From Oscillospiraceae bacterium (GTDB lineage: Bacteria; Bacillota; Clostridia; UMGS1883; UMGS1540): 60,683 nt of DNA. A program made the position numbers and the translations under genes. Below the pieces are notes generated by a model, which did not search any database, had not been told where the DNA came from, and worked only from the letters and a program-made list of their open reading frames with translations. The stretch covers positions 1 through 60,683 of the forward strand of contig SVJY01000006.1 in assembly GCA_015068765.1 (NCBI GenBank), read 5' to 3'. Positions 29,302 to 40,958 of the stretch are shown here, one piece after another; position 1 is the stretch's first letter; each line of letters begins with the position of its first letter.

Positions 29302-29344
29302 GGGGGTGTAGCAAAAGAATTGCATTGCTGCATCCTCTTTTCTT
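29302..29344 (+). terminator. Rho-independent terminator
   Basis: GGGGTGTAGCAA/TTGCTGCATCCT stem (with G-U pairs) followed by a T-rich tail. Confidence 0.65.
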
Positions 29345-29422
29345 GTGTATCAGAAAAACAAAAAGGCGGTAAGGTTTTTATAGAGTTTTGTATATTTATG
29401 AAAATAAAAGCATCGCTTCTTA

Positions 29423-29451
29423 TTGATTTTTAGGGAAAAAAATGCTATAAT
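29423..29451 (+). promoter_or_regulatory. Sigma-A promoter (extended -10)
   Basis: TTGATT-17 nt-TATAAT with TG at -15/-14. Confidence 0.7.
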
Positions 29452-29566
29452 TAGTATATGAGAAATTTTATGGTTTAAAATTCTTTGGCACGATGACTCT
29501 CATCTGTAATTGGCGGCGTCACAAAAGGATGCGTATATAAAACCTGCTTTGATAAAAGGAGCTATT

Positions 29567-30271
29567 ATGAAAGACAAAGTTTGTATTCTGACGGGAGCCG
29601 GGGGCGGTATTGGCTCTGCAATTGCAGAAGCCCTTTTTTCCTGCGGCTGTAGGCTTGTGCTCATGGGAAGAAATGAAGAGAAATTAAAAAAAGTGGCAAA
29701 TGGGAGAGCGTGCCTTATCCTTCCCGGAGACATTTGTGATGAGGAATACATAAGGGAAACTGTAGGGACAACCGTTTCTACCTTCGGCGGCATTGATGTT
29801 TTAATCAATAATGCCGGTATTGCACAATCAAAAGCATTTGAAGAGATTTCCATGGACGAATATGATAGGATTATGAACACGAATGCAAGAGCACCCTTCC
29901 TGATGTGCCGGACAGCACTTCCCTATCTTAAAAAGTCTGCCCAGGGCACCATCATCAATATTGCTTCTGTTACGGCACACCATGGGTATGCACTGCAAAG
30001 CGTATATTCTGCTTCAAAGCATGCCCTCTTAGGGCTTAGTAAGGCACTGGCCAAGGAATACTACCAAAAGGGCGTAAGAGTGCATGTGATCAGCCCCGGA
30101 GCCGTATTTACGGATATGGTCAGAATCTCCCGTCCGGACCTGACAGGCGAGGGAATGATTCTTCCCGAGGATGTTGCCAGAACTGTTTTGTATCTCTTAG
30201 AAATGCGTGATTGTGGCGCTGTGGCAGATGAAATCCAGCTGCACAGGGAAACGAAGGAACCGTTTATGTAA
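29567..30271 (+). CDS. SDR family oxidoreductase
   Basis: TGAGGGIG, NNAG and YSASK. Start at the ATG after AAGGAG. Confidence 0.92.
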   Translation: MKDKVCILTGAGGGIGSAIAEALFSCGCRLVLMGRNEEKLKKVANGRACLILPGDICDEEYIRETVGTTVSTFGGIDVLINNAGIAQSKAFEEISMDEYDRIMNTNARAPFLMCRTALPYLKKSAQGTIINIASVTAHHGYALQSVYSASKHALLGLSKALAKEYYQKGVRVHVISPGAVFTDMVRISRPDLTGEGMILPEDVARTVLYLLEMRDCGAVADEIQLHRETKEPFM

Positions 30272-30308
30272 GAAAGAAAACATAAATTGATAGAAAGTGA
30301 GAAGGACT

Positions 30309-31580
30309 ATGCAACCACTTGCTGACAGAATCCGTCCCCAAATCCCCGGCGAGGTGGTGGGACAGCGGCACCTTCTGGGCGAAGGGAAGCTACTGGCAAA
30401 TATTTTAGAATCCGGCAACATTCCCAATATGATTTTTTACGGACCTGCCGGAACGGGCAAAACCACGCTGGCAAACATTGCGGCACAGCGGGCAGGCAAG
30501 CGGCTGTATAAGCTGAACGCCACCCACGCCTCCGTGTCGGACATCAAATCCATTGTCAGCGACCTGGAGGGCTTCGCCGGCATGGGCGGTGTGCTTTTGT
30601 ATCTGGACGAAATCCAGAACTTTAATAAGAAGCAACAGCAGTCCCTTCTGGAATTTATAGAGGACGGACGGATCACCTTGATCGCCAGTACCACAGAAAA
30701 CCCTTATTTTTATGTATATAACGCCATTTTGTCCCGCAGTACGGTGCTGGAGTTTAAGCCCGTTGAGCCGGAGGATGTGGCGGAGGCAATCCGGCGTGCG
30801 GTGGAGATTCTGCAAAAGGAGGGGCTGCCGCTGGAAATAGAGGACGGCGTTTGTGCGTATATGGCAGAGGCCGCCGGCGGCGATGTGCGGAAAGCCATTA
30901 CGGCTCTTGAGGTTGCGGCACGCTCTATTCCCATGAATGCGGAGAAAAAAATTACGGTTACGGCAGAACGGGTCCGGGAATGTTTGGGCGGACGGGGGAT
31001 GCGGTATGACCGGGATGGGGACAGCCATTACGATATTTTAAGTGCCTTTCAAAAGTCGATTCGGGGGAGCGACCCGGATGCGGCGGTGCATTATCTGGCA
31101 CGGCTTGTAGCAGGGGGCGATTTAATCAGCATCTGCCGCCGGCTTTTAGTGATTGCGGCAGAGGATATCGGTCTTGCCTACCCCCAGGCAATTTCCATCA
31201 CAAAGGCCTGCGTGGACAGTGCCCTGCAGCTCGGGTTTCCGGAGGCACGGATTCCGCTTTCGGAAGCGGTGCTGCTTCTGGCAACGGCACCGAAATCCAA
31301 TAGTGCCATCTGTGCCATTGATGCGGCTCTTGCCGATGTGGAAAAGGGCAGGTGCGGCGATATTCCTGCCCACCTGAAAGATGCCCACTACGGCGGGGCA
31401 GAAAAGCTGGGGCGAGGGCTGACCTATCAATATCCCCACAATTATCCGGGGCACTATGTCCGGCAACAGTATCTGCCGGATGCCTTAAAGGATGCGGTTT
31501 ACTATACACCGGGGGACAATAAATTTGAAAGTGCCACCCGGCTTTTTATGGAAAGCTTAAAAGGAGAGAAAAATGGGTAA
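30309..31580 (+). CDS. rarA: Replication-associated recombination protein A (MgsA/RarA AAA+ ATPase)
   Basis: PLADRIRP, GPAGTGKT, DEIQ.F.K.QQ, TTENPYF and SAFQKSIRGSD. Alternative GTG start at 30297. Confidence 0.95.
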   Translation: MQPLADRIRPQIPGEVVGQRHLLGEGKLLANILESGNIPNMIFYGPAGTGKTTLANIAAQRAGKRLYKLNATHASVSDIKSIVSDLEGFAGMGGVLLYLDEIQNFNKKQQQSLLEFIEDGRITLIASTTENPYFYVYNAILSRSTVLEFKPVEPEDVAEAIRRAVEILQKEGLPLEIEDGVCAYMAEAAGGDVRKAITALEVAARSIPMNAEKKITVTAERVRECLGGRGMRYDRDGDSHYDILSAFQKSIRGSDPDAAVHYLARLVAGGDLISICRRLLVIAAEDIGLAYPQAISITKACVDSALQLGFPEARIPLSEAVLLLATAPKSNSAICAIDAALADVEKGRCGDIPAHLKDAHYGGAEKLGRGLTYQYPHNYPGHYVRQQYLPDALKDAVYYTPGDNKFESATRLFMESLKGEKNG

Positions 31581-33726
31581 AACGGTAGTGCTTGCGGAAA
31601 AGCCCTCTGTCGGCCGGGAACTGGCGGCAGTGCTGGGCTGTAAAAAGAAGGAAAAAAGTGCGTTTATAAGCGATAAATACATTGTAACCTGGGCACTGGG
31701 ACATCTGGTCACCCTGGAGGACCCGGTGCATTATAATCCGGACTATAAGACCTGGTCCATGGAAACCCTTCCCATGCTTCCGGAGAAAATGGCACTGAAG
31801 GTTATTCCCCAAACGAAGGGACAATTTGCGGCGGTGAAGGCGTACCTTAGAAGCAGTGAAGTCACAGATGTGATTATTGCCACCGATGCCGGACGGGAAG
31901 GAGAGCTTGTGGCCCGGTGGATTTTAGAAAAGGCCGGTTGCAAAAAGCCCATACGCCGGCTGTGGATTTCTTCCCAGACGAAGAAGGCAATCGAGGAAGG
32001 CTTTCTAAACCTTGCCCCCGGGGAAGACTATGACAGTCTTTATGCGGCGGCACAGGCACGGGCAGAAGCGGATTGGCTTGTGGGACTCAATACCACAAGA
32101 GCACTGACCTGTAAGTTTGGTGCCCAGCTTTCTGCCGGACGCGTACAAACCCCCACCCTTGCCCTGATTGCGGCGAGAGAAAAGGAAATTCGGGAATTTC
32201 GCCCCCGGGACTATTATACGCTCCGGGCGGACCTTGGGAATTTCTTTGTCAGCTACCGAGATAAGGACGGCCAGGCATCGATTTTTGAGAAGGAAAAGGC
32301 AGAGGCACTGGCAAAGAAAATACAGGGGGCAACCTTTACGATCACGGACTTGAAAACCACGAAGAAAAACGTACCGCCCCCACTTTTATATGACTTGACG
32401 GAGCTGCAACGAGACGCCAACAAAGCCTACGGCTTTTCGCCGAAGGAAACCCTGCGGCTGATGCAGTCCCTCTATGAGCACCATAAGGCACTGACCTATC
32501 CCCGTACCGATTCCCGGTATCTCACCGAGGACATCGTGCCTACGCTTCCTGAGCGGCTTCGGGCATTGGATGTGCCGTCCCTTCGCCCCTTCGTGAGCGA
32601 AATCCGGAAGAACGGCTATACGATCCATAAGGCTTGTATCAATAACGATAAGGTCAGCGACCACCATGCCATTATTCCCACGGAGGAATATATTGACATA
32701 TCTGCCCTTTCGGCGGACGAAGCCAAAATTTATATGCTGGTTGTGAAGCGATTTGTCGCCTGCTTTTTCCCTGCCTATACCTATCTGTCCGTCAAAACCG
32801 AGGCGGAATGCGAGGGTGAGCATTTTGTTGCCACGGGCAGAGAGGTGACGGAAATGGGCTGGCGAGGGGTGCAGAATCTGGCAGAGGAGGAAGAGGAAAG
32901 CGAGCAGAATCTGCCCAAAATTGAAAAAGGGGCTACGTTTGTTTGCCGTACGTACCAGCTGAAGGCACAGAAAACCACGCCGCCGGAGCGATACACCGAG
33001 GCAACCCTTCTGTCTGCCATGGAAAATCCGGCAAAATTCATCGAAAACAAGTCCATGCGTGCCTTTGTGGGAAACGGCCTTGGCACACCGGCCACAAGAG
33101 CCGATATTATTGAAAAATTATACACAACCTTCTATATGGAAAAGCCGGACGGCAAGCATATTGTTCCCACGGCCAAGGGAATGCAGCTGATTGACATTGT
33201 GCCGGCAGACCTTAAGGAGCCTCTGCTCACTGCCGAATGGGAGCAGAAATTAGAGGATATCCGAAGCGGAAAACTAAAAAAGAAAGCCTTTATCGGGGAT
33301 ATCCGCACCTATGCGGCCTCACTTGTGGGAGCGGTGAAGGACAGCGAGGCTGTATACCGGCATGAAAACCTTACCCAGAAACGTTGCCCCGATTGCGGTG
33401 AGCGAATGCTGGAGGTGCAGGGCAAGAAGGGGAAAATGCTTGTTTGCAGTGACCCGGAATGCGGCCACAGAGAAAATCTGAGTATGCAGTCAGGTGCACG
33501 CTGTCCCCAGTGCTCCAAAAAACTGGAAATTTTCGGTGCAGGCGAAAAGAAGCTGTACGTTTGCAGATGCGGCTTTCGGGAAAAAGCCGAAACCTTTGAA
33601 AAACGTTTGGCAGAAAACCGGGCGAGTCGGGTAAGCCGTAAGGATGTACAAAAATATATGCAAAAGCAAAATAATGATACAACAACCATGGCGGATTTAC
33701 TCCGTCAGGCAATGGAGGGGAAATAG
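31573..33726 (+). CDS. topB: DNA topoisomerase III
   Basis: AEKPS, ATDAGREGE, GRVQTPTL, TYPRTDS (catalytic Tyr), GLGTPATRA and C-terminal Zn ribbons. Confidence 0.92.
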   Translation: MGKTVVLAEKPSVGRELAAVLGCKKKEKSAFISDKYIVTWALGHLVTLEDPVHYNPDYKTWSMETLPMLPEKMALKVIPQTKGQFAAVKAYLRSSEVTDVIIATDAGREGELVARWILEKAGCKKPIRRLWISSQTKKAIEEGFLNLAPGEDYDSLYAAAQARAEADWLVGLNTTRALTCKFGAQLSAGRVQTPTLALIAAREKEIREFRPRDYYTLRADLGNFFVSYRDKDGQASIFEKEKAEALAKKIQGATFTITDLKTTKKNVPPPLLYDLTELQRDANKAYGFSPKETLRLMQSLYEHHKALTYPRTDSRYLTEDIVPTLPERLRALDVPSLRPFVSEIRKNGYTIHKACINNDKVSDHHAIIPTEEYIDISALSADEAKIYMLVVKRFVACFFPAYTYLSVKTEAECEGEHFVATGREVTEMGWRGVQNLAEEEEESEQNLPKIEKGATFVCRTYQLKAQKTTPPERYTEATLLSAMENPAKFIENKSMRAFVGNGLGTPATRADIIEKLYTTFYMEKPDGKHIVPTAKGMQLIDIVPADLKEPLLTAEWEQKLEDIRSGKLKKKAFIGDIRTYAASLVGAVKDSEAVYRHENLTQKRCPDCGERMLEVQGKKGKMLVCSDPECGHRENLSMQSGARCPQCSKKLEIFGAGEKKLYVCRCGFREKAETFEKRLAENRASRVSRKDVQKYMQKQNNDTTTMADLLRQAMEGK

Positions 33727-33727
33727 G

Positions 33728-34525
33728 TTGGATTTAAAGCAATTTGTAAACTGGGATGAAAACGAAAAGCCTTTGGAGAATATTGTGACGGATGGTGGCT
33801 ATGTGGGCATTTTCCGCACCATCGCCTGTATCGGGGACAGTCTTTCCTCCGGTGAGTTTGAGAGCACAAGGGAAGACGGGAAGATCGGCTACCATGACTA
33901 TTATGACTATTCCTGGGGCCAGTATCTGGCCAGGATGGCAGGCTGTACCGTGAAGAATTTTTCCATGGGCGGCATGACGGCCAAGTGCTACTGCGAGGCC
34001 TTCGGCCCGTGGAACGGGTATATGGATAAAGAACGGAAGGGACACGCCCAGGCGTATATTATTGCACTGGGAGTAAATGATATTCTTAACTGCAAAATGG
34101 AGCTTGGCACCACGGCGGATATCTGCCGGGAGGATTGCACGAAAAACAAGGATACCTTTGCCGGCTATTACGGGCGGATTGTACAGCAGGCACTCAACAT
34201 GGAGCCGCGGGCAAAGTTTTTCTTTGTGACAATTCCGGACCACGGGGGTGGTGGGGAACGGGAGAAGCTGGCGGACGGCCATGCGGCACTGATGCACGAT
34301 ATGGCGGCGTTTTTCCCCAGTGCCTATGTTCTTGATATCCGGAAATACGGGCCGGTATACGATGAGGCGTTCAGGCAAAAGTTTTTCCTGGGCGGGCACA
34401 TGAATGCCGCCGGCTATTTGCTGACCGCCCGGATAATCGCTTCCTATATGGACTATGTCATCCGTCACAATATGGAAGATTTCGCCCAGGTGGGCTTTAT
34501 CGGCACACCCCATGAGAGAAAATAA
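33728..34525 (+). CDS. SGNH/GDSL hydrolase family protein
   Basis: IGDSL (block I), GG, LGVND (block III) and GGHMN..GY. Probable TTG start after GGAGGGG. Confidence 0.8.
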   Translation: MDLKQFVNWDENEKPLENIVTDGGYVGIFRTIACIGDSLSSGEFESTREDGKIGYHDYYDYSWGQYLARMAGCTVKNFSMGGMTAKCYCEAFGPWNGYMDKERKGHAQAYIIALGVNDILNCKMELGTTADICREDCTKNKDTFAGYYGRIVQQALNMEPRAKFFFVTIPDHGGGGEREKLADGHAALMHDMAAFFPSAYVLDIRKYGPVYDEAFRQKFFLGGHMNAAGYLLTARIIASYMDYVIRHNMEDFAQVGFIGTPHERK

Positions 34526-34546
34526 AAGCAAAGAAGGAAACGCAAA

Positions 34547-37375
34547 ATGCAGGATAAAATTATCATTCGCGGTGCGAAGGTAAATAATCTGAAAAATATA
34601 GATATCACTATCCCCAGGGACAAGCTGATTGTCTTCACGGGTCTTTCCGGCAGCGGAAAAACGTCGCTTGCCTTTGACACCATTTATGCCGAAGGACAAA
34701 GGCGATATGTGGAGAGCCTTTCCTCCTACGCCCGGCAGTTTTTGGGGCAGATGGAAAAGCCGGACGTGGAATATATTGAGGGGCTTTCCCCTGCTATTTC
34801 TATTGATCAGAAAACCACCAGTAAAAACCCACGCTCTACGGTGGGGACTGTAACGGAAATTTATGACTATCTTCGTCTTTTATATGCCCGTGTGGGTGTG
34901 CCCCATTGCCCCAAATGCGGCATGGAAATTAACAAACAGACGGTAGACCAGATGATAGATGCCATTATGGCGATGCCGGAGGGGACGAAAATTCTGCTTC
35001 TGGCACCGGTCATCCGTGGAAAGAAGGGAGAACACCAAAAGGTATTTTCCACAGCCAGAAAGAATGGCTACGTCCGGGTGCGGGTGGACGGAGAAATGCA
35101 CGAGCTGGAGGAAGAGTTCAGTTTAGATAAAAAGAAAAAGCATACCATAGAGATTGTGGTGGACAGGCTGATTATCCGCCCAGATTTACACGCCCGATTG
35201 GCAGATTCTCTGGAAACCGCCTTAAAGCTTTCCGACGGGCTTTGCATTGTGCAGGTGGTGGACGGCGAGGAAATCACCTTCAGCCAGAACTATGCCTGTC
35301 ACGTGTGCGGTATTAATATTGAGGAGCTGACGCCCCGTTCCTTTTCCTTTAACAGCCCTTTCGGGGCCTGCCCCACCTGTGCGGGCCTGGGCTTTATCAA
35401 GCAGATCGACCCGAAAATGGTGCTCCGCTACCCGGAACGCTCCATAAACGAAGGGGCTTTTGTTGCCGGTGGCTGGGCAGTGGGCGACCACGGCAGTATG
35501 GCAATGATGTATTTCAGAGGGCTTGCCGCCCATTACGGCTTTAGCCTGGATACACCGGTTCGAGAGCTTCCACCGGAGATTTTGAATATTCTCTTATACG
35601 GAACAGGAGAGGAAAAGCTGGAGTTTGCCTATGAACGCGCCTACGGCAGCGGCAAATTCATGACGGCATACGAAGGCATCATCAATAATCTCCAGCGGCG
35701 ATACCGGGAAACCACCTCCGAATGGGCCAAATCAGAGATCGAAAGCCTTATGCTGGACCGGGAATGCAGCGACTGCCACGGGGCAAGGCTTCGCCCGGAA
35801 ATCCTCGCCGTTACGGTGGGCGGACGCAATATAAAAGAGCTGACGGATTTATCCGTGGAAAAAACATTGGAATTTTTTGATAGCCTTACGCTTTCCGAAA
35901 AAGACAGTGCCATTGCGGCACAAATCATTAAGGAAATCCGTGCCCGGCTGGGCTTTCTCTATAACGTGGGACTTTCCTACCTGACCCTTTCCCGGGCGGC
36001 AGGCACGCTTTCCGGCGGTGAGGCACAGCGAATCCGCCTTGCCACCCAGATCGGCTCCGGGCTTATGGGGGTTTTGTATATTCTGGACGAGCCCAGTATC
36101 GGCCTCCATCAACGGGACAACCAGAAGCTTTTACATGCCTTGAAAAACCTTCGGGACATGGGCAATACCCTGATTGTGGTGGAGCATGACGAGGAAACCA
36201 TGTACGAGGCGGACCACATTGTGGATATCGGACCGGGTGCCGGGGTACACGGCGGAGAAATTGTGGCACAGGGTACGGTGGAGGAAATTAAGGCAAATCC
36301 TTTTTCTGAAACAGGGCTGTACCTGTCCGGCAAGAAAAAAATCCCTGTGCCGGACAAAAGACGTAAGCCGGACGGCCGTTTCCTGACCGTTCGTGGTGCA
36401 AGACAGAATAATTTGAAAAATATTGATGTGGAAATTCCCCTCGGTATGCTCGTTTGCGTAACCGGCGTATCCGGCTCCGGGAAAAGCTCCCTCGTCAATG
36501 AAATCCTGTATAAAGCGCTGGCGGCAAAGCTGAATCGGGCACATTGCATACCGGGAGACCATGACGGCATCGACGGCGTGGAAAGTTTAGATAAAATTAT
36601 TGCGATTGATCAATCCCCCATCGGCAGAACACCACGCTCCAATCCTGCTACCTATACGGATTTGTTTACGGATATACGGAATGTTTTTGCCACTTCTAAT
36701 GAGGCAAAGGCAAGGGGGTACGGTCCCGGGCGGTTCAGCTTCAACGTAAAAGGCGGCCGGTGCGAGGCGTGCTCCGGGGACGGTATTATTAAGATTGAAA
36801 TGCATTTTCTCCCTGACGTGTATGTGCCCTGCGAGGTCTGTAAGGGCAAGCGGTACAATCGGGAGACCTTAGAGGTTACCTATAAGGGAAAAAACATTTT
36901 TGATGTGCTGGATATGACGGTGGAGGAAGCGCTGGGATTTTTTGAAAACCACCCACGAATCCGCCGAAAGCTCCAGACGCTTTATGATGTGGGGCTCGGC
37001 TATATCAAGCTGGGACAGCCCTCTACGCTCCTTTCCGGTGGTGAGGCACAGCGTGTCAAGCTGGCCACGGAGCTTTCAAAGCGGAGCACCGGCAAAACCG
37101 TGTATATTCTGGATGAGCCGACAACGGGCCTCCATATGGCGGATGTACACCGCCTTGTGGAGCTTCTCCGGCGGCTTGTGGAGGGCGGCAACACGGTAAT
37201 CGTTATAGAGCATAATCTGGACGTAATTAAGACGGCAGACTATATTCTGGATATGGGGCCCGAGGGCGGCGATGGCGGCGGAAGGCTGATTGCTGCCGGC
37301 ACGCCTGAGGAGATTGCAAAAAGTAAAAAATCCTTTACCGGACAGTTCTTAGAAAAAACATTAGAGAATCAATAA
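34547..37375 (+). CDS. uvrA: Excinuclease ABC subunit A
   Basis: Two P-loops ([16 protein letters not shown]), LSGGEAQR twice and zinc fingers. Confidence 0.98.
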   Translation: MQDKIIIRGAKVNNLKNIDITIPRDKLIVFTGLSGSGKTSLAFDTIYAEGQRRYVESLSSYARQFLGQMEKPDVEYIEGLSPAISIDQKTTSKNPRSTVGTVTEIYDYLRLLYARVGVPHCPKCGMEINKQTVDQMIDAIMAMPEGTKILLLAPVIRGKKGEHQKVFSTARKNGYVRVRVDGEMHELEEEFSLDKKKKHTIEIVVDRLIIRPDLHARLADSLETALKLSDGLCIVQVVDGEEITFSQNYACHVCGINIEELTPRSFSFNSPFGACPTCAGLGFIKQIDPKMVLRYPERSINEGAFVAGGWAVGDHGSMAMMYFRGLAAHYGFSLDTPVRELPPEILNILLYGTGEEKLEFAYERAYGSGKFMTAYEGIINNLQRRYRETTSEWAKSEIESLMLDRECSDCHGARLRPEILAVTVGGRNIKELTDLSVEKTLEFFDSLTLSEKDSAIAAQIIKEIRARLGFLYNVGLSYLTLSRAAGTLSGGEAQRIRLATQIGSGLMGVLYILDEPSIGLHQRDNQKLLHALKNLRDMGNTLIVVEHDEETMYEADHIVDIGPGAGVHGGEIVAQGTVEEIKANPFSETGLYLSGKKKIPVPDKRRKPDGRFLTVRGARQNNLKNIDVEIPLGMLVCVTGVSGSGKSSLVNEILYKALAAKLNRAHCIPGDHDGIDGVESLDKIIAIDQSPIGRTPRSNPATYTDLFTDIRNVFATSNEAKARGYGPGRFSFNVKGGRCEACSGDGIIKIEMHFLPDVYVPCEVCKGKRYNRETLEVTYKGKNIFDVLDMTVEEALGFFENHPRIRRKLQTLYDVGLGYIKLGQPSTLLSGGEAQRVKLATELSKRSTGKTVYILDEPTTGLHMADVHRLVELLRRLVEGGNTVIVIEHNLDVIKTADYILDMGPEGGDGGGRLIAAGTPEEIAKSKKSFTGQFLEKTLENQ

Positions 37376-37419
37376 TAAAAGGAGGCTGTAAACCGATTTT
37401 ACAGCCTCCTTTTATTATT
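37371..37419. terminator. Bidirectional terminator
   Basis: Perfect 22-bp inverted repeat AATAATAAAAGGAGGCTGTAAA/TTTACAGCCTCCTTTTATTATT spanning both convergent stop codons. Confidence 0.88.
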
Positions 37420-38212
37420 TAAAGTTTTCACAAAACTCTTCAGGGGAAAGAAGTGTTACCCCTGTTTGCAGTTCCCTGACCGCATCAAAAGCGTGGCAAA
37501 GGCCATTTTCTTCATGGGCGTCACCGGAGAGGATCACCCGTCCGCCCCCACTGGCGATATACCGGAGCTGATCCTGTGCAGGGTAGGGGGCAGTCCTGAG
37601 ACCACGGTACATGGCACCGGTGTTCACCTCAAAAGGAATCCCGGCGGGCAAAAGGGCTTCCAGTGCCGCCTGCCATGCCGCTATGTACCGGGGATGGAGG
37701 GGGTCAAAATACCTTCCGTTTTCGTTGAATTTGGAAATCAGATCAAAATGACCGATGATATCCGGTCTTACCACCGCCGCCACAGTGCCCACCGCGGCAA
37801 AATAACTTTCGGCGAAGGCGTAATAATCGCCCCCAAACGCGTCCCGGCAAACCTGCTCGAAGGTGGCGGCATCATTATCCACCGGATAAAAGCGGCCGCC
37901 CTTTTTCACATAATGGACAGAGCCAATGCTATAATCGAAATCCGCCGTCCCTTCGGCGGAATATACATCCTGCTCCACGCCGCAGAAAATACGGATTTTT
38001 CCGGCGTATTCTTTTTTTAAAGCACCGATCTCCTTCTGATAGGCAGGGATACGGTCTTTTTTTATGCAGTAGGTTTCGTCAAAATACGTGTAGGCATGTA
38101 CGGAAAAGCCAATGGCACAAAGCCCCTTATCTACGGCGGCCTCTACCATCCCACGGGGTGAAGAGGCACCGTCGCAATAGGTGGTGTGCACATGAAAATC
38201 TGCTTTTCTCAT
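37415..38212 (-). CDS. Histidinol-phosphatase, PHP (HisJ/HisK) family
   Basis: DFHVHT.YCDG, IGSVH, GHFD, EVNT and GDAH; last gene of the his operon. Confidence 0.85.
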   Translation of the reverse strand: MRKADFHVHTTYCDGASSPRGMVEAAVDKGLCAIGFSVHAYTYFDETYCIKKDRIPAYQKEIGALKKEYAGKIRIFCGVEQDVYSAEGTADFDYSIGSVHYVKKGGRFYPVDNDAATFEQVCRDAFGGDYYAFAESYFAAVGTVAAVVRPDIIGHFDLISKFNENGRYFDPLHPRYIAAWQAALEALLPAGIPFEVNTGAMYRGLRTAPYPAQDQLRYIASGGGRVILSGDAHEENGLCHAFDAVRELQTGVTLLSPEEFCENFK

Positions 38213-38859
38213 TTTGTCATTTTCTCCTGTTTTACCTTGTGATCAATCACATGACGGGAGGCAAGCTCGGTGTGGATATCGGAAAGGGAAATGCCCATTT
38301 CCACCATAAGCACCATAACATGGTAGGCAAGGTCGGCAATTTCGTAAACCGTTTCCTTTTTGTCGTCCGCCTTACCGGCGATAATAACCTCCGTACATTC
38401 CTCACCCACCTTTTTCAGGATTTTATCAATACCCTTTTCAAACAGGTAGGTGGTGTAAGAGCCTTCCTTCTTTTCCAGCTTCCGTCCCACGAGAAGGTCG
38501 TAGAGCCCGGCAAGGGAGAAGGCACTCCGTTCCTCGTTTTCAAAAACAGGTGCCGTAAAGCAGGAATCCGTTCCCTCGTGGCAGGCAGGGCCTTCCTTAT
38601 CCACCAGTACCACCAGTGCGTCCCTGTCACAGTCCGCCGTAATGGAGACAATGTGCTGGAAGTTGCCGCTGGTTTCGCCCTTACGCCAAAGCGACTGCCG
38701 GGAACGGCTAAAGAAGCAGGTTTTCTTCTCTTTGAGGGAAATTTCCAGACTCTCCCGGTTCATATACGCAAGGGTCAGAACGTCCTTGGTTTCTGCATCT
38801 ACCACAATGGCAGGAATCAATCCCTTTTCGTCAAATTTCAGTTCTTCAATATTCAGCAT
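38209..38859 (-). CDS. hisIE: Phosphoribosyl-AMP cyclohydrolase/phosphoribosyl-ATP pyrophosphatase
   Basis: SRSRQ.LW.KGETSG, DCDRD, ACH.G..SCF, KVGEE and ADLAYH. Confidence 0.95.
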   Translation of the reverse strand: MLNIEELKFDEKGLIPAIVVDAETKDVLTLAYMNRESLEISLKEKKTCFFSRSRQSLWRKGETSGNFQHIVSITADCDRDALVVLVDKEGPACHEGTDSCFTAPVFENEERSAFSLAGLYDLLVGRKLEKKEGSYTTYLFEKGIDKILKKVGEECTEVIIAGKADDKKETVYEIADLAYHVMVLMVEMGISLSDIHTELASRHVIDHKVKQEKMTK

Positions 38860-38869
38860 AGTCTTCCTC

Positions 38870-39628
38870 CTATAACCGCACCGGAATGTTTTCTCCGGCA
38901 AGCTTCTTTTTTAAATCCGGTATCGCCACCTCACCAAAGTGGAAAATGGAGGCGGCAAGCCCTGCGTCCACCTTGGGCAACGTCTTAAAGAGGGTAGTAA
39001 AATCCTCCATACAGCCTGCACCGCCGGAGGCAATGACCGGCACCTGTACCGCGTCGCATACGGCGGCAAGCATCTCAAGGTCAAAGCCGTTTTTCACGCC
39101 GTCCGTATCAATGGAGTTGACAACCACCTCGCCGGCACCCATGGAAACGCACTTTTTGATCCATTCGATGGCTTCCATACCCGTGTTCTCCCGGCCGCCC
39201 TTGGCAAACACCCGGAATACGCCGTCTACACGCTTAATGTCCGCCGAAAGCACCACGCACTGGTCGCCGTACTTTTTCGCCGCTTCATAAATCAAATCCG
39301 GATTCCGGATTGCACCGGAGTTTACACTGACCTTATCAGCACCGCATTTGAGTACCCGGTCAAAGTCTTCTACGGTGTTAATACCGCCGCCCACGGTGAG
39401 GGGAATAAAAATCGTCCGTGCCACCTCGCAGAGAATATCGGTAAAGAGGGCACGGCCCTCCGCAGAGGCCGTAATGTCGTAAAAAACAAGCTCATCCGCA
39501 CCGCAGCGGCTGTAATACTGTCCCAGCTCCACGGGGGAAGAAACATCAGCGAGCCCTTCAAAGTTTACACCCTTGACCACTCTGCCGTCCCGCACATCCA
39601 GGCAGGGAATTATTCGTTTTGTAATCAT
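38870..39628 (-). CDS. hisF: Imidazole glycerol phosphate synthase cyclase subunit
   Basis: [21 protein letters not shown] and ASGGAG. Confidence 0.97.
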   Translation of the reverse strand: MITKRIIPCLDVRDGRVVKGVNFEGLADVSSPVELGQYYSRCGADELVFYDITASAEGRALFTDILCEVARTIFIPLTVGGGINTVEDFDRVLKCGADKVSVNSGAIRNPDLIYEAAKKYGDQCVVLSADIKRVDGVFRVFAKGGRENTGMEAIEWIKKCVSMGAGEVVVNSIDTDGVKNGFDLEMLAAVCDAVQVPVIASGGAGCMEDFTTLFKTLPKVDAGLAASIFHFGEVAIPDLKKKLAGENIPVRL

Positions 39629-40338
39629 TTTGCCACCTCGATTGCTTCCTCCAGGGAGATTGCCCCCGTATAATATGCCTTGCCGATAATCGCACCGTAA
39701 AGCCCAAGCCCGGCAAGATGCCGGATGTCCTCTATAGTGGAGACACCTCCCGACGCTACAATCTGCATAGCATATTTTTGGGAAAGGTCACGGTACAGCT
39801 CCCGGTTCGTGCCCTGCATGGCACCGTCCTTTGAAATGTCGGTACAGATCAGGGTTTTCACACCTAAGGTTTCCATACGCCGGCAGAAGGAAAAGGCGTC
39901 CTTATCTGATTTTTCTGTCCATCCCCGGACGGCAATAAACCCGTCCTTGATATCGGCACCCACGGCGATTTTTTCGCCGTATTTTTCCACCGCACGGGTG
40001 AGAAAGGTCTCGTCCTCCACCGCCGCCGTGCCGAGAATGATCCGGTCCACGCCGATGGAAATGTATTTGTCCACTGTCTCCATATTGCGGATGCCGCCGC
40101 CGATTTCCGTAAACAGGGACGAGCGTGCCGCAATTTTTTCTACCACGTGTATATTCGGGGTCGTCCCCGCCTTCGCACCCTCCAAATCCACCAGATGAAT
40201 ACAGCTTGCCCCTGCCGCCGCAAAGTCTGCGGCAATTTCGGGGGGATTCTCGCTATATACAGTCATCTGGTCATAGGCACCGCGAAGAAGGCGGACGGCC
40301 TTGCCTTCATATAAGTCAATCGCAGGAAAAATCAGCAT
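39625..40338 (-). CDS. hisA: ProFAR isomerase
   Basis: PAIDL..GKAVRL, HLVDL.GA, GGGIR and TDISKDG. Confidence 0.96.
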   Translation of the reverse strand: MLIFPAIDLYEGKAVRLLRGAYDQMTVYSENPPEIAADFAAAGASCIHLVDLEGAKAGTTPNIHVVEKIAARSSLFTEIGGGIRNMETVDKYISIGVDRIILGTAAVEDETFLTRAVEKYGEKIAVGADIKDGFIAVRGWTEKSDKDAFSFCRRMETLGVKTLICTDISKDGAMQGTNRELYRDLSQKYAMQIVASGGVSTIEDIRHLAGLGLYGAIIGKAYYTGAISLEEAIEVAK

Positions 40339-40958
40339 TTTTCCACCTCCGCATCACAAAAGGCTTTGAGAATACTAAGCCCCACTTCGCCGCTTTTTTC
40401 CGGGTGGAACTGACAGCCGAAAACATTCTTGCTTTCCACCGCCGCCACCAAAGGGGCACCGTACTCTGCCGTGGCAATCACACTCTCATCACAGTGCATA
40501 CCGGAAAAGGAGTGGACGAAGTATACAAAATCCCCGTCTTTGATATATCGGAAAAGACGGGAGGGCTTTTTCGTAAATTGCAGTGCATTCCAGCCGATGT
40601 GGGGAATCTTCAGTCCGGCAGGAATCTGGCTTCGGATGGGGCAGATTTCGCCGGGGATCAGTCCGAGGCCTTCATGCTCTCCGTATTCATAGCTTTTTTC
40701 AAAAAGGAGCTGCATACCGAGGCAGATGCCGAGTAGTGGCTTGCCCCGTCCGGCTTCGGCGGTTACCACCTGTGCCATACCGCAGTCCCGGAGCTTTGCG
40801 GCCGCGTCACCGAAGGCACCGACCCCCGGGAGCACAATTTTATCTGCCGCCGCAATTTCGGCAAGGTTTCGGCTGACGAAGGCATCTGCACCAATGGCGG
40901 CAAAGGAGCTTTTCAGAGAAAACAGATTGCCTACGCCGTAGTCAATAATGGCGATCAT
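40332..40958 (-). CDS. hisH: Imidazole glycerol phosphate synthase glutamine amidotransferase subunit
   Basis: IDYG.GN, PGVGAF, GICLGMQ and QFHPEKS. Confidence 0.97.
   Translation of the reverse strand: MIAIIDYGVGNLFSLKSSFAAIGADAFVSRNLAEIAAADKIVLPGVGAFGDAAAKLRDCGMAQVVTAEAGRGKPLLGICLGMQLLFEKSYEYGEHEGLGLIPGEICPIRSQIPAGLKIPHIGWNALQFTKKPSRLFRYIKDGDFVYFVHSFSGMHCDESVIATAEYGAPLVAAVESKNVFGCQFHPEKSGEVGLSILKAFCDAEVEKC

Noticed and set aside
29458-29478. Tiny ORF MRNFMV near the predicted transcription start
   Set aside because: Six codons with no regulatory codon run or attenuator hairpin; probably chance.
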